A DNA stretch of 64,000 bases from Stegostoma tigrinum (Eukaryota). Of the stretch, positions 50,176 through 63,972 are shown piece after piece. The DNA is taken from assembly GCF_030684315.1 (NCBI RefSeq), contig NC_081358.1, forward strand, positions 2,976,001 through 3,040,000, read 5' to 3'. The stretch's first letter is position 1, and each line of letters opens with the position of its first letter. Both the position numbers and the translations under genes were made by a program. The notes below the pieces were generated by a model. That model was not told the DNA's origin. It did no database searches and worked only from the letters and a program-made list of their open reading frames with translations.

Positions 50176-50724
50176 ATCTTGGTCGCTGCTGGAATTAACA
50201 CAACTGGGAGTCAACCAAGCGCAGAGGGCCCACCACCTTGTATACATATATCAACGTGTCTCTTTCAATTAGTTCCACATAATCTGTTACATTCATCTGA
50301 GAGGGCAAATATAGCCGCCTCTTAATGCCTTATCTGAAAACCGCGCCTCCTGCAGCGCAGGTCTCCCTGTGCATCTCTGGAATATTACTTTGGATTATGC
50401 ACTGTAGAGGGGCTTAAACTGACGAGATTTCTGATGCAGATTGAAAATGATCGTTGGGAGTTGAGCAAACATGAAGGGCCTAGGAAATGCAAAATAGCGG
50501 AGATATTTAAAAAAAGCCGCGCACATATAACTATTATGTAGCCAGTGATGAAGCAATGATCCAGACGACGAAACAGATCATGAACGTAGTAAGAAGCGGA
50601 ATACTTTTAGATCTTTTCTAATCAAGCTGTTCAAAGTATTGTTATAAAACTCTGGAGCAGGTGGTCTCCGAACTCACAGGTAGGGTCAGAATCGCTGTGC
50701 CACATTATGTCTGTATGAAATGCG

Positions 50725-50950
50725 AATAATTTCTTGTTTAACCATTCGGGTTAACACGGTGAATGCACCTTAATCGTCATTGCTGCATTATGTCATTGCA
50801 TTGACTGGTTGTCCTGTCGGTACTCCCCAACCCCCCCCTCCCCCCGCCCCCCCGCCCGAAGTGTGTTACATGCGGCCGTTCGAACCACCAGGCTGTAAAA
50901 TAAAACATTTCCGTCCGTCCTGTTCGTGTAGGCCCCCTCCAGAAAAAAAA
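50725..50950 (+). pseudogene. Dead promoter/leader relic paralogous to V3
   Basis: GTGAATGCACCTTAATCGTCATTGCTGCATTATG matches the V3 5' region (29397-29430). The ATG at 50790 reads ATG TCA TTG CAT TGA (stop). No convincing V exon or RSS follows. Confidence 0.7.
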
Positions 50951-52709
50951 CTCAACTTGTCTCAGGATATAGATGAGGAGAATAGCAGCTGTCTATTCGT
51001 TATTGTGAGGGATTTCGAAACCAGGAGATCCTGAAAGGCTTGAAAAAGGCGTGGGGTCCATTGCACTGCAGAATGTATACTTCCTTTCAGGGGATTCCAC
51101 TCCTGGGTCAGATGGCGCATACATTTCACAGCTGTGAGGCGGAATCATCTGACTTTGAATCACATGAATTATGAGTTGTTTCGAATGTGAATTTGGGTGG
51201 AATTAGTTAGAAGAGATTGGTATTTGAGTTGCATCTTGCGAAAGATAGTTTCTTTTCTCTTTTGGAGCCTTCGGGGGTATGGGTTGAATGGGGAATATAG
51301 CACAGAGACCGAGAATCAGGGATGATCATGTTGCACTGCGGAACAGGCTCCATGGGCCGAATGGACTACCGGGCTTTCAGTTTCCATTTGATGTTTCATG
51401 AACAGGAAATTTCGCAAAAACTTACACGTTATTAAAGCGGCTGCATGTCACTGACATGAAGCGGCCAAGTTGCACACAAGATCGGTCAAAGGACAAAGTA
51501 AATTTGAAAGATAAGTATTGGTCAGGGCTCCAAAACGTAACCGTTGCCTTCTTCGCTCTCCGCCGATCCATCTGCATTCACTTCAAACGGCCGTAGGAAG
51601 AAGAGAGAAAAAATAGTAAGTGACAAAATAAGAAACCGGAGGAGGGGTAAAGCACGTTTCCTAGAGTCCGCTCTGTCATTTGATACAATTATGACCGATG
51701 ATTTGCCTCAACTCCCGACCTCCCCCGATTCTCCGACCGAGCAAAATTCTTGAGGCCTGGGCTATGAATATACTCGATTATGGAACCAAACTCAACCCTT
51801 CTGGGTAGGGAATTCCAAAGCGTCACAACCTGCAACGAAGACAATTCTCCTCATTGTAGTCTAGAACAATCAACTCCTTTACCTGAAACTGTGGCCCTTT
51901 TCACCCTCGTTCCAGATCCTCCAACCGGGGGAAACAAGACTTCAGAATATTTTGTGTTTCAATTGGATCACCTCTCATTGTTCAAAACTCCAGAGCATGT
52001 GGAGGTTCCATGATCAGCCTCCCATTTTCGGACAATCTTTTCCTTTCAGTAACAATCTAGTGAGCCTTTTTATGTATTACTTTCATTGAAGATGTAGCCT
52101 TCCTCAAAAGAAAACTTCACGAGTTACTCTATTTGCAGCCTTACCAAAGATGTGTCCTTAGTCTTGTATCTGATGCTATTACGTGCGGCAAACAGATAAT
52201 TTACCTGCCTAATTGTTTGCTGTACCGAAGTGCTAATTTTCCGCGTCTGTTGTACAACCACGACCAAACGTTCCCATAATTCACTGTCAGAGCGTGAATG
52301 TCAAAGACATAAATTTTTAAAAAATGCAACGGACAGAATATGAGAGAAAGAAGGAAGAGAAGAGAAAGAGCAAAATAGAGATAACACGAGAGATAAACAG
52401 GGAAAGGCAGCAGGAAGCGAGGACACAGAGAAAGGAAGATCCAGAAGAAATGGAGGACAGGAGAGAAAAAGAGGAAAAAGCAAAACTGAATGTGAGAGAT
52501 AAAGGCTGAAGGTGAATGGGGGAAGGAAAGATGGAAAGGAAAGGGAGAATTGATAGAAGAAAGGAAAAAGCTAGGAGCCCGAGAATGGGAGAGACAGAGA
52601 CAAGAAGAGCTACACATTTGGTAGCAACAGTGGGCGCTAGTATTATCCTGTGAATTACTTTGAAAATGCAAGGATGATGTTGAAGGAGGAGCCCTAGTAG
52701 ATTCAATTC

Positions 52710-53010
52710 CTAACCACCAAATGCAACAAACAGTATTGGCAATAAACTGCTTACCTTGGACAGGCAACACAATGATTGCGGTCAAAGGTATTAATGGACA
52801 AGCTGCAAGAATCTGTGATTAGACCAGATCGAGTAATGTTACCATCTCTGATCACCCAGACAAGGTACACAGGAGGTGCTTGACAGCGATGCCATAAAAC
52901 AGCTTTCAGTGTTAGCGGTTTGAGCTTCGCGCAAAGATCGAGGGTATTTTCTGCGTTAGGTTCTGGCAGTGTTTGGACTGGGACAGAGAAATTTTCTTCC
53001 GCTTGTCCAA
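52710..53010 (-). pseudogene. Probable highly degenerate inverted V relic (copy B)
   Basis: Minus strand reads QNLTQKIPSIFAR then AAACCGCTAACACTGAAAGC (cf. V2 AAAACCGCTAGATTCAAATGC). Paralogous to 32870-33170. Confidence 0.42.
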
Positions 53011-53463
53011 AATTGTTACTGGAAAAGCAGAGGTAGATTTAAGGGTTTTTGTGTTGCAGTGGTAGTCCCCCTATTTCTGCGCCAGGAGGCCGTGGTTCGA
53101 GTCCCACCTGTTTCAGAGGTGTGCGGTAAAACTCGTTGATGAGAAAATACAAAAAATGTAATTCTGCAATGTTATTTTCAATTAAACTTGGAATGGAGCA
53201 AGGAATTACTAGAAAGCCTATAAGAGCGACGCCTGGGAACAAGTAGAAAGTCATTCGCACAGCGAGTGACTAACACTTGCAATAGGGACAGAGCAGTATG
53301 GTTGGGGTGACGGGCGGATTTAAGTGAAACTGTCAATGACATCCATCCATTTAATGGAATGTCATCTTTAAGGCAATGCGAAGTTGGGTAAAAGTGGTTG
53401 ATATCATTTCCGGCATTGGATTAGCCCCTATCAGCAAATCCGAATCAGTTTCATGTTGAATAA

Positions 53464-54410
53464 ATGAAGGTGCGGCTTTGCCAACCGCTCTCAGTCGGTA
53501 CAGCAGGTTCCGACTGCTTATATACATTGTTGAACATTCTGCGGTCTCTGTATTGTTAAATTACCTGATCTGCATTTCTTTCACCGGCGGGGAAACCTGT
53601 TGTTCAAACGTTGACTCAGCCACCAATGTCAGTGACCAGAGTTCGAGGGATGACTGTACGGTTTGAATGTAGGTTTGAAGGGAGCAGTTTCGAAAATGCG
53701 GTTATCCACTGGTGCCGGCACATCCCGGGTCAAGGTCCACAGAGCACGTTGTATTTTAAGATTCCATCTGAGACTTTGCAAGATATCAACGACAAAATAC
53801 TACTTAGAACATAGAACATTACAGCACAGTACAGACCCTTCAGCCCTCGATGTTGTGCCGACCTGTCATACCGATCTCAAGCCCATCTAACCTACACTAT
53901 TCCATGTACGTCCATATGCTTATCCAATGACGACTTAAATGTACCTAAAGTTGGCGAATCTACTACCGTTGCAGGCAAAGCGTTCCATTCCCTTACTACT
54001 CTCTGAGTAAAGAAACTACCTCTGACATCTGTCCGATATCTTTCACCCCTCAATTTAAAGCTATGCCCCGTCGTGCTCGCCGTCACCATCCTAGGGAAAA
54101 GGTTCTCCCTATCCACCCTATCTAACCCTCTGATTATCTTATATGTTCAATTAAGTCACCTCTCAACCTTCTTCTCTCTAACAAAAACAGCCTCAAGTCC
54201 CTCAGCCTTTCCTCGTAAGACCTTCCCTCCATACCAGGCTACATCCTAGTAAATCTCCTCTGCACCCTTTCCAAAGCTTCCACATCCTTCTTATAATGCG
54301 GTGACCAGAACTGTACGCAATACTCGAAGTGCGGCCGCACCAGAGTTTTGTACTTGTTGAAAAAAATGCTCTGGGACCAAAATGTGCAGCTTGTTCATGA
54401 GGACGACAAA
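53464..54410 (+). pseudogene. TRGV: V pseudogene V7, paralog of V4
   Basis: Shortened leader, acceptor AG lost (CTCGCAG to CCGGCGG) and HWY changed to HWC. A CR1 insertion interrupts the exon at ~53806-54350. FR3 resumes at 54351, then a deletion removes YYC and the RSS heptamer and spacer. Confidence 0.9.
53806..54350 (-). mobile_element. Young CR1 3' fragment inside the V7 exon
   Basis: Near-identical to 26744-27073 over the shared part; TACTT at both junctions (53801-53805, 54351-54355). Confidence 0.92.
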
Positions 54411-56399
54411 TAGCGCCGTCCTGCTGGTTCACTACAAGCCGTTATGTCACAAATGCGAAGCGCTACATTTCAAGATTTCCACCAGCTTTAAACTGCGTCC
54501 TGGGCTACACAGGCAATTGTTGTTTTCAATGTGATCGGTCCGTTGTATTATTAAACTAAGGAGATCAAACTTATTTTGCTAATCCTGTGAGATTTAATTT
54601 TTAACAAGTATGACTGTTCTATAAATGGACAAAACAATTCATTTATTATTTAAACAAACAGCTCCGTTCATTTATCATCTTTGAGAAAACCCAATAATGA
54701 CGTTCAAAGCCTCCCGTTGTCAAACGACCATCAACCACCTAAACAAATCACATCCATTACATATTGCAATCACATTCAAAATAATTGGATCATGGGATCC
54801 ATTCGGCTCTTAGAGTCTGTTGCGACATATAGTGAGTTCATGGGGGTGGGGGGAGGGGGATGGGGTGATCTAATTCCATATAACAACTGTGGGTTCCCAT
54901 CCGTAAACTGGACGAAACACTGCCGGGTAATGTTACAAGGCTAATCAGCTACAGCTCTGGACTAAAGCTCTAGATATAAATTCATATACCACTCTGGTAG
55001 TCTTGAGGTATTACATTTTCAAAAGTTAGACCCAGCAATACAATTAAACGACTGGATTACCATGAATGCCAAACGAGTTTACAAATAACTACTAATCATT
55101 TTTTTTCCGATGAAGGGTCTAGGCCCGAAACGTCAGCTTTTGTGCTCCTAAGATGCTGCTTGGCCTGCTGCGTTCATCCAGCTCCACACTTTGTTATCAC
55201 TAATCAATGAAACCTGCCATCTATGTATGAAACCAATCACATCAGAAGGTTTGTTCATGGCCAGTCTGAACAAACCAGAGAGAGAATGAACTGCTGTAGA
55301 AGATTCAACTGAGAATAAAATAGCAGAATCGACCAACTTTGGCGTTAAGTATTGCAAGATACCTCTAACTCGTTCCTGGATTCTTGCATCCATACACAGT
55401 TCAAGTAATGGAATGACAGATTCGTACCTTTAATCACAGTCTGGACCATCATCTTGTACGCCTGTACTAAAAATGTGGGCAGCACCATGATATACAAGTG
55501 GATCGACCCAGGCAGGAGTTCTTAACGTTAACTCTGAAACCAATGAAGTTTAATACAGTTATTTTTAAACCAAGCGGTTCAGTAGCATTTTGACACACCT
55601 CTGAAACACTTGAAGCTGGAATCCCTGGTCCACATGTAGGGACAGTACAACTGCACCACTTCAGCCCCTAGAAAATGCAGCTCTGATAGGAACATTTGTG
55701 TAACCACCCAAAGATGGGCGGGAAACTTCCAGTTGATGATAATAGGCTGTCCTCAATTAATTAAAATGTGATCCTTTACATTAGAAAGGGTTGGACACTG
55801 CTAAGCCCATAGTCAATGGTTCCATAAAGTTCTAACTACAGTAGTGGTATCTACCTGACAGTGTGTACAATTGCTCAAACAAGTTAGGTGGATTGGCCAC
55901 ACTAAATTGTCCATAGTGTCCTGGGAATTGTGGGTTGGGTAGATTAGCCATAGACAATGCAGGGCCATGGATGTAGGGCAGGGGGGTGAGTCTGGGTGGG
56001 ATGCTGTTTGGATGGTCAGTGTGGACCTGTTGGGGCAAATGGCCTGTTTCTCCACTATAGGGATTGTATGGATTCATTCGATAAGTCCTCTGTATTGAAA
56101 CTGTGACAAATCAAATTGGCCTATTATTTCCCCTAACAGTCTTATTTCAAGTTTCTGCAAAATGACAGAAGGTCCAAATTGATGGTACTATTAAGCAACA
56201 CTTTGCATCTACCTCTGCTGCAGGAGGCCTGGAAACAGGTCCCATGTGGTCCAATGGTGTGCCATGATATCTCTGAAAACTTGATTAAGGTTATCATATA
56301 GCAACATGTTCAGAGATTTCATCTTGCGTTCCACCTGTGCCATTCATTTCCAGTCCTCAACGCAATCTTGGCCCAAATGTATTAAGACAGAGCTCAGCA

Positions 56400-57000
56400 T
56401 TACTTGATTTAACAGCAGGATGAATTTCCCCAAGTATGGCATCAAGGATCCCCAGTAAAATTTAACTGGATAAAAATAATGGGCTAGGGGTCTCTTCAAT
56501 AGTTGGAATCATACATAACATGAAGGGAGATACCTGAGGTTGTTGGAAGTCAATCATTCCAGCTCCAAGACATCACCATGGGAGGGTGGTAAGCTAGGTC
56601 CAAACATCTTCAGTTGTTTCATCAATTGCCTCCATCATGAGATCAGACATTAGTATATTTGCTGATGATTGCAAAGTTCATGACCATTCATGACTCATCA
56701 GATATTGAATCTGTCTGTGTCTATCTGTAGCACGTCATGGATAAGATTCAGTCCTGAGCTGAGAAGTTCACACAAGTGCTAAGCAATGACCTTCTGTAGC
56801 ATAAGGGAATTTAAGCTCCTCCCTATGACATTTATTCACATTACTATCACTAAGACCAATGCCATCACCATCCTGTGGACTACCATTGATCAGAAAACTA
56901 AACAGGCAAGTTTATAAATCCGGTGGTTAAAAGACAAGATCAGAGGCTGGTATGTTACAGAAAAAAATGCAACTCATCACTCCCCAGATCCTGCCTTCCT
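56400..57000 (+). mobile_element. Ancient LINE RT fragment shared by both cassettes (paralog ~36050-36650)
   Basis: CCAAGTATGGCATCAAGGATCC...TTTGCTGATGATTG (FADD) relic at the same position in both cassettes. Confidence 0.6.
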
Positions 57001-59234
57001 TTACATACATTACTAGTTCATCTTAATATTATTGTAAGTTTACTCTCACAAAGTTTATCTTCTCCCTCTTTATTATCTTGTGGTTGCCTTTTGTTGGTTT
57101 CTAGAATCTTCCCAATCCTCTGGCTTGCAACAAATCTTGGCAATGTTGCATGTTTTCTCTTTTAATCTGATGCCATCCTACAGTTCCCTTGTTAGCCATT
57201 GTTGATGATCTCTTTCCACAAATCCTTTCTCCTCATTGGGATATATCTCTACGGCAATGCATGAAGTATTGTCTCAGACATCCACGATTGTTTCTCAACT
57301 GCCTTTGTTGCTAAATTCCTTTCCCCAGTCAACAGCACCCTTCTGTGGCTTTATTTATTTCTAATGACATCCATTTAACGTTCACCTGATTTCCAATAAA
57401 CAGATGAGGGTTTTCCCCAAGTTTCGCAGACTGAAATGTTATTAGCGTTCCTGCATGCCACACTTGGTCAAATCATTTTTGATGTCAAGGGCAGTCGCTG
57501 TCATCTTCCCTCCAGTATTCAGATTTATTGTTTGGACAAAAGATATAATGAGTTCAAGAACAAATGGTTCTGGTGGAACATAATCTGAAGATCAGTGATC
57601 GGACTATATTTAAGAATGTGCTATTTGATAGCGCTATTAATCACATTTTTCATCATTTTACTAATGATCAAAAACAAAATTAGTGGGGTGGTAATTGGCT
57701 GACTTGGATTTGTCCTACCTTTCAGGCACATGACATACTTGGACATTTTTCCATATTTTGGGGTAGATGCCAGTGTTATTGTTGTACTGGAGCAGTTTCA
57801 CCAAGGGTTTAGCAAGTTTTGGAGCAGAGACCTTCAGTACTATTTACAGAATATTTTCAGGGGCAATAGGCTTTGCAAATCAATGTTTTCAGCCATTTCT
57901 TCACTCTACAGGGTGTGAATTAAATAGGATAAAGCAAAGCAGATTCTTACAAATGCGTGAGCCGAATCTTTTGCATTGGTGTGCTTTTCTCCCAATATTG
58001 AAGATGGAAATATTTGTGGAGCTTTCACCTCCGGAGAATTGTTTTATTGTCCAACACCATTCACGACTGGAGATGTCAGGACTGCACAGCTTAGCTCTGA
58101 TTTGTCGGTTATGGAAGTATATAAGTCTGCTGATCACACACTGAATATGCTGTTTGTCCGGAAACAAACTCTACGTTGTAGCTTCACAAAGTTGATAACT
58201 CATTTTTTGGCTTTCTTTGTGATTTTTTTCTGGCCTATCCTCCTTCACACTTTGCTCAACTACAGTTTTTTTCCCCCTCTTAATCTGATGGTAATGATGC
58301 AGTGGTAAATCAGTTGAAATATGAGGTTGCAGACAATGTCAGAGTACAATTCAGCTGCTACTAAGAATTTCAGCTCCATTTACCATCTTCTCGATATTTC
58401 TCAATCCAACAAGATTAATTGATTTATTGTTGCTTGTACTGAAGTACAGTGAAAAGCTTTTTTTTAATGAGCAATACAGGAAGATCATGGGAAGCAAGGT
58501 TGTGCAGATTAAGAAGACTTAGAGGCAGACAGGTTACTTTGCACAGGATGTGCACGAGGTAAGATCAACATTAGCAAGGTCAGCATTATTTGAGGCTAGA
58601 AAGTTCATTCATCAATCTAAGAGCAGTTGAGAAGAAACTGTTAGTGAACCTGCTGATGCGTGTGTTCAAGCTTCTGACTGACAGAAGAGGTTGGAGGAGA
58701 TCATTACCGGGATGCAATGGGTCTTGGCAGCCTTTCTGCAGCAGCAAGCCATGCAAATGGAATTCAATGATGGAAGGTTGGCTTCTGTGATGGTTTGGGA
58801 TACGGACGCCACCTTCTGTAGTTTTTTTTATAGTCCCGGTTAGAGCAGTTGCCATACCCAGCCATTATGCACCTCGACAGTACGCTTTCAATGGTGCATT
58901 TGTAAAAGTTGATGAGGGTCCTTATGCACGTGCCAAATTTTCTGAGCTACCCGGGGAAAAAGAGATTTATTTTTGCCTTACTGACCATGACATCAATGTG
59001 GGAAGTTCAGGAAAAGTTGTTGGTTATCATCACTCCAAAGAATCTCTCAACCTCAGTTCCGTTAATATTGACCGGGAAGTGTCAATTTACTCCGAGCAGC
59101 ACAGCTTCTTTTAGGATGGCATTGGGGATAAGTCACAGATTCCCACCTCCCTTAGTGTGAAGAAGTGATTCCTGACATCATCAAATTAAAGGGGCTCTTG
59201 ACACAACCTTCCAAGACATCATAGATAGGGGAGT

Positions 59235-60550
59235 GAGAGATAGTAAGAACTTCCTATGCTGGAATCACAGCTAACACGGTGTGGAACTGGATGAACACAA
59301 CAGGCCAGGCAGCATCAGAAGAGCAAGGAAGCTGACGCTTCAGATCCTTCTTCAGAAATGAGGGTTTCTAAGCCTCAATGAACGATTTTTCTCCACCCTA
59401 TTGGACATTAAAAACTGTAAATACACGAAACTTATTGGAGCCTGCCATCAAACACAGACATCTTCCACCTCCCAAGTTCTCAACCCCACCCCAGGATTGC
59501 CCCCCACAATGTGCCTGGCACCAGTCACCATGTGCTCACTATCGCATCACCCGCTGATACCACTGATCTTGTCACATCCTCCAAAGCCGGTCACGTCACT
59601 TCGGGTACCACATGCCACTGCTACCACCATCCACACCGTGGACACCACCGCTTCCATCGCTCAGACTGAGAGAGCTTCCAACATCAAGGATGCCCCCGCA
59701 GATGCCAACATTAAGGGCAACATCACTTCTGCCAATGCCGCTCCGTCCACTGCCAATGCCACTCCATCCACTGCCAATGCCTCTCCGCCCACTGCCTCCA
59801 CAGCCACCAGCTCTCCAGCCCCAAACCCTGCCAGGTCTTCTCCATGCCCCCAGACCACCACTCACTGAGGACGAATGGTCAGGCTTCGGTAAAGGACTTA
59901 CCTTCATCCCCCTCCACCCAAACATCAATGAATCCCACTCACACTTGGATTTCGAATAGTTTTTCCTCCACCTCCATGCCTTTTCATTTAACCACGAGCC
60001 CAACCCACCCTTTACTGAACCCATCTCCTGGCTCCAACACACTCCATCCTCCTGGGCACCACACCATGGTCTCCCACCCTCCCTTGATCTCTTCATTTCC
60101 AACTGCATCGTGACATCGATTGCCACAACCTCTCCAACCCGTCTCACTCACTCCAATCCCATTCACAGAACATGCAGCCTTCTGATCCCTCCGCTCCAAC
60201 CCTAACCTCACCATCAAACCCATGGACAAGGGAGGTGCAGTTGTAGTATGGTTCACTGACTTTTACATCACCGAAGCCAGGTGCCAACACTCTGACACCT
60301 CCTCCTACTGTCCCCTCAATCATGACCCCACCCCTGACCACCAAAATATCACCTCTCAAACTATCCATAACCTCATCATCTCAGGTGACCTCCTGAACAC
60401 TGCCTCCAACCTCATCATTCCCCAACCCTGCACTGCCCATTTCTATACCCCATTTCTGAAGAAGGGTCCTGACCCGAAACATTAGCTTTCCTGCTCCTCT
60501 GATGCTGCCTGGCCTATTGTGTTCTTCCAGCTCCACACTGTGTTATCTTA
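59235..60550 (+). mobile_element. Internally deleted PLE (ORF N-terminal/RT part and pseudo-LTR) with inverted 5' end
   Basis: KGLTFIP, IKP(M)DKGGAVVVW, hammerhead at ~60455-60484, short TCCACTGCCAATGCC repeats. Confidence 0.75.
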
Positions 60551-61524
60551 GATATGGGAGCAATGTCAGGCAAATATGACTGTTGTAGTTGCTTTTAATA
60601 AAGTGGAGAAGGATAAATATGTAATCACAGTTCAGACAGTCTAACAGCAGTGGGAAAGAGTTTTACAGCTATAAAACTGATGACAAATTAATTTAACTCT
60701 TAAAATCTATAGGCAAATAATAAATGTCACTTCAGATTTGGTAAGGAGAAATAGTGTAGCACTTTAAAAAAATACTAAGATAAGAAAGTAATTTGTTACA
60801 AGGGCATTAGCAAGCTACAGTGGTACTTAAGAGAGTGACTAGGGATCTGAAAAATGTGGTATAATGTGGCAAAGTATGAAATTGTTCATTTTGGCAGGTG
60901 ATGAAAAAGATATATATCTGTATTTTAATATTACATGCTATAAGTTTGGGCTTTTGGAATGTTCAATTGAAAATCTGACTTTGTGTGTCTGTTTGGAGTT
61001 AGCAACTAACTTTGAAAAGCTAATACTCATAGTTCCATTCCAACCTCTAACCTGCGCCCTTTAATTTTGGACTCCTCCATCCAGGGAAAAGACTTTCGCT
61101 GTTCACCCCATGTATGCCCTTTGTGATTTGATAAACTTCTTTAAGGTCACCCTTCAGCCTGTGATGCTCCAGGGAACATAGCCCCAGCCTATTCAGCCTC
61201 TCCCTATTGCTTAAAAACTCCAACCCTGGCAGCATCTTGTAAATCTTTCCTGAACCCTTTACACAACATCTTTCCTGTAGCTAGGAGATTAGAATTGAAT
61301 GCATTATTCCAAATGTGGCTGAATCAATGCCCTATATAACCACAACATGGCCTCCTAACTCCTATTCTCAATGCACTGATCAAGAAAGGCAAGCATACCA
61401 AATGCCTTCTTCACTAGCCAGTCAACCTGGAATTACACTTTAAAAGTACTATGTACCTGCACTGCAAGGTCTCTTTCTTTAACAACACTACTCAGGACCT
61501 TACCATTAAGAGTATATGTCCTTA

Positions 61525-62730
61525 CTTGAAGGTAGAGCAGTGGATATGGCATACATGGATTTAAGTAAGGTGTATGATAAGGTTCCCCATGGTAGGCTCA
61601 CACAGAAGGTAAGGAGGAATGGGATAGGGCGAAATATGATAGATTGGTTTCAGAATTTGCTGGCCCTAAGAAGACAAAGGGTGATAATGGAGGGAAAATA
61701 GTCAACATGGTGCTCAGTTATGAGTGGTGTACAACAAGGATCTGTTCTGGGTCCTCTTCTATTTGTGACTTTTGTAAATGATTTGGATGTAGGAGTGCAA
61801 GGCTGCATTAGTAAGTTCACAGATGATATGAAGGTGGGCCGAATGTGGATAGTTTGGATAGCTGTTCTAGATTACAAAGGGACATTGATAGGATGCAGAT
61901 CTAGGCTGAGAAGCGGCAGATGGAGTTTAACCCTGAAAAGTGTGAGGTGATTCATTCTGGACGGATAAATTTGAAAACAGAATACAGGGTTTACAGAAAG
62001 ATTTTTGGCAGCATGGGGGATCAGAGGGATCTTGGGGTTCATGTCCACAGTTCCCTGAAAGCTGCCACATAGGTGGATAGAGTTGGTAAGAAGGTGTATG
62101 GTGTGTTAGCTTTCGTTAATAGGGAGATTGAGTTCAAGAGCTGTGAAGTTATGCTCCAGCTATACAAAAGCCTGGTTCATCCACATCTGGAGTATTGTGT
62201 CCAGTTCTGGCCACCTCATTACTTGAAAGATGTGGAAACGTTGGAAAAGGTGCAGAGGAAATTTACCAGGATGTTGTGTGGAATGGAGGGAAGGTCTTAG
62301 GAAGAAAGGTTGAGAGAGCTAGGGCTTTTCTCTTTAGAATGACAAAGGATGAGAGGTGACTTGATAGAGGTGTGCAAAATGATCAGAGGTATGGATAAAG
62401 TGGACAGCCAGAGACTTTTTCCTAGGGTGGAGGTAGCTATTACAAGGAGGTACAGTTTTAATGTGAGTGAGGGTAGATGTAGGGGAGACGTCAGAGGTAG
62501 GTTCTTTACTCAGAGTGTAGTCAGGGTGTGGAATGCATTGTCAGAGAGGGTAGTGGAGTCTGCCTCATTAGGGGCATTTAAGTGGCTATTAAATAGACAT
62601 ATGGATGATAGTGTAAAGTAGGGGTGGAGGTTAGATAGGCCTTAGGATTAGTGTAAAAGTTTGGCACAACATCGTGGGCCAAAGGACCTGTACTGTTCTA
62701 CATCCTATGTTCTATGTTCTATATTCTATA
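61525..62730 (+). mobile_element. 5'-truncated CR1 nested in an older minus-strand CR1 (~61040-61515, 62735-63330)
   Basis: MDLSKVYDKVPHG, GVQQGSVLGP, FTDD, TTCTATG tail. Confidence 0.88.
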
Positions 62731-63929
62731 TCCTGCCCTGATTTTCATTTGCAAAATGCATCACTTCACATTTATCTCAATTAAACTCAATCTGCCATTC
62801 CTCAGCCCATCAGCCCACCTGATAAGGACTCATTGTACTCTGAAATAACCTTCTTTGTTGTCCATTACAACACCATTGTTAGTATCATCTGCAAGCTTAC
62901 TAACTATACCTCCTCTATTCACATCCAAACCATTTACGTAATTGACAAAAAGGAGTGGAACAACACCAATCCTTGTGGCGCTCTGGTGATCATAGGCATT
63001 CAGTCTGAAAAGCAACCCTCCACCACGACACCCTGTCTCCTATCCTCAAGTCAATTTTGTATCCAAAAGATTTGTTCCTTCCATATTCCATGTGATCTAA
63101 CCTTGCTAGCCAGTCTACTGTGTGGAACCTTGTTAAACACCTACCAGTCCATATAGACTGTGACCACCCTCAACTTTCATCAAACCATCACTCCCTCAAA
63201 AAATTCAATCAGGTTGGTAAGACGTGTTTTACCATGCACAAAGTCACGTTGACCATCCTGAATCAGTCCTTGCCTTTACAAGTGCATGTAAATGTTGACT
63301 CAGAATTCCCTCCACAAGTTGCCAGCCACAGATATCAAGCTTTGGCCTTTCCTTGCTACTTTTCTGAAATAATCTGGACAGGTTGCACAAAATGTAAAAA
63401 TTAGAGCTCAATCGATCAGGGATGATTTCAGAAAACACTGAGCGGTGGAATTTCTTCTCCCTAAAATTTTCTCATGCTCAGGATCAAATTAAACTTCATG
63501 ATTCTGCTGTTGCTGTTGACACATTCTCTGGAAATAAACTTTGTTTTTGTTCACTTCCCATTACCATCAGCGATCTCTTTGCACTCCCATCCCTTGTGAT
63601 ATTTAACTCTCTTGTCCTCCAGCCGGTCACAGGTTCCTTTTGTTCACGCTTCTCCCTTCCCCGTTTTCCTATCTGCTTACGTGCTTAAAACCTTGTCAAC
63701 ATCTCAACTTTTTCCAGATGCGTTCTAAATTGTTAGTTGTTTCTCTTTCCACAGCTGCTGCTTGAGTATTTCCAACATTTTCTGTTTATGTTGGATATAG
63801 CCAGCCTGGAGGGCGACGGGTGGGTTTGTAATACTGATCAATATCTTGTTGATTGGTTTGTAAAGAGGGTTGTGTTTCCTTTTAGCTTCTATCCAGCTGC
63901 TTGAGAGAACAGTTGAAGATTGAGTGAAC

Positions 63930-63972
63930 ATGTCGCTGTATTGCTGGCTCATTGTGATAACCGCTTTGCCCT
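63930..63972 (+). CDS. TRGV: Leader exon of a further V2-family segment (V8); V exon lies beyond the window
   Basis: MSLYCWLIVITALP plus GTATGT donor. Upstream 63400-63930 is homologous to the V2/V6 upstream regions. Confidence 0.85.

Larger units (their letters stand above)
41180..57000 (+). repeat. Segmental duplication cassette B
   Basis: Same landmarks in the same order as cassette A. Confidence 0.85.

Noticed and set aside
51400-51600. Possible V exon belonging to the 50790 leader relic
   Set aside because: Only a CAG and a vague FR1 resemblance; no V hallmarks.
52201-52785. 194-aa hydrophobic ORF (and overlapping 129-aa ORF)
   Set aside because: Low-complexity purine/pyrimidine tract; the frame is not conserved in the paralog at 32.4-32.9 kb.
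59401-60147. 155-aa Thr/Ala/Pro-rich and 183-aa Gly-rich ORFs
   Set aside because: Low-complexity part of a deleted Penelope-like ORF and its antisense frame.
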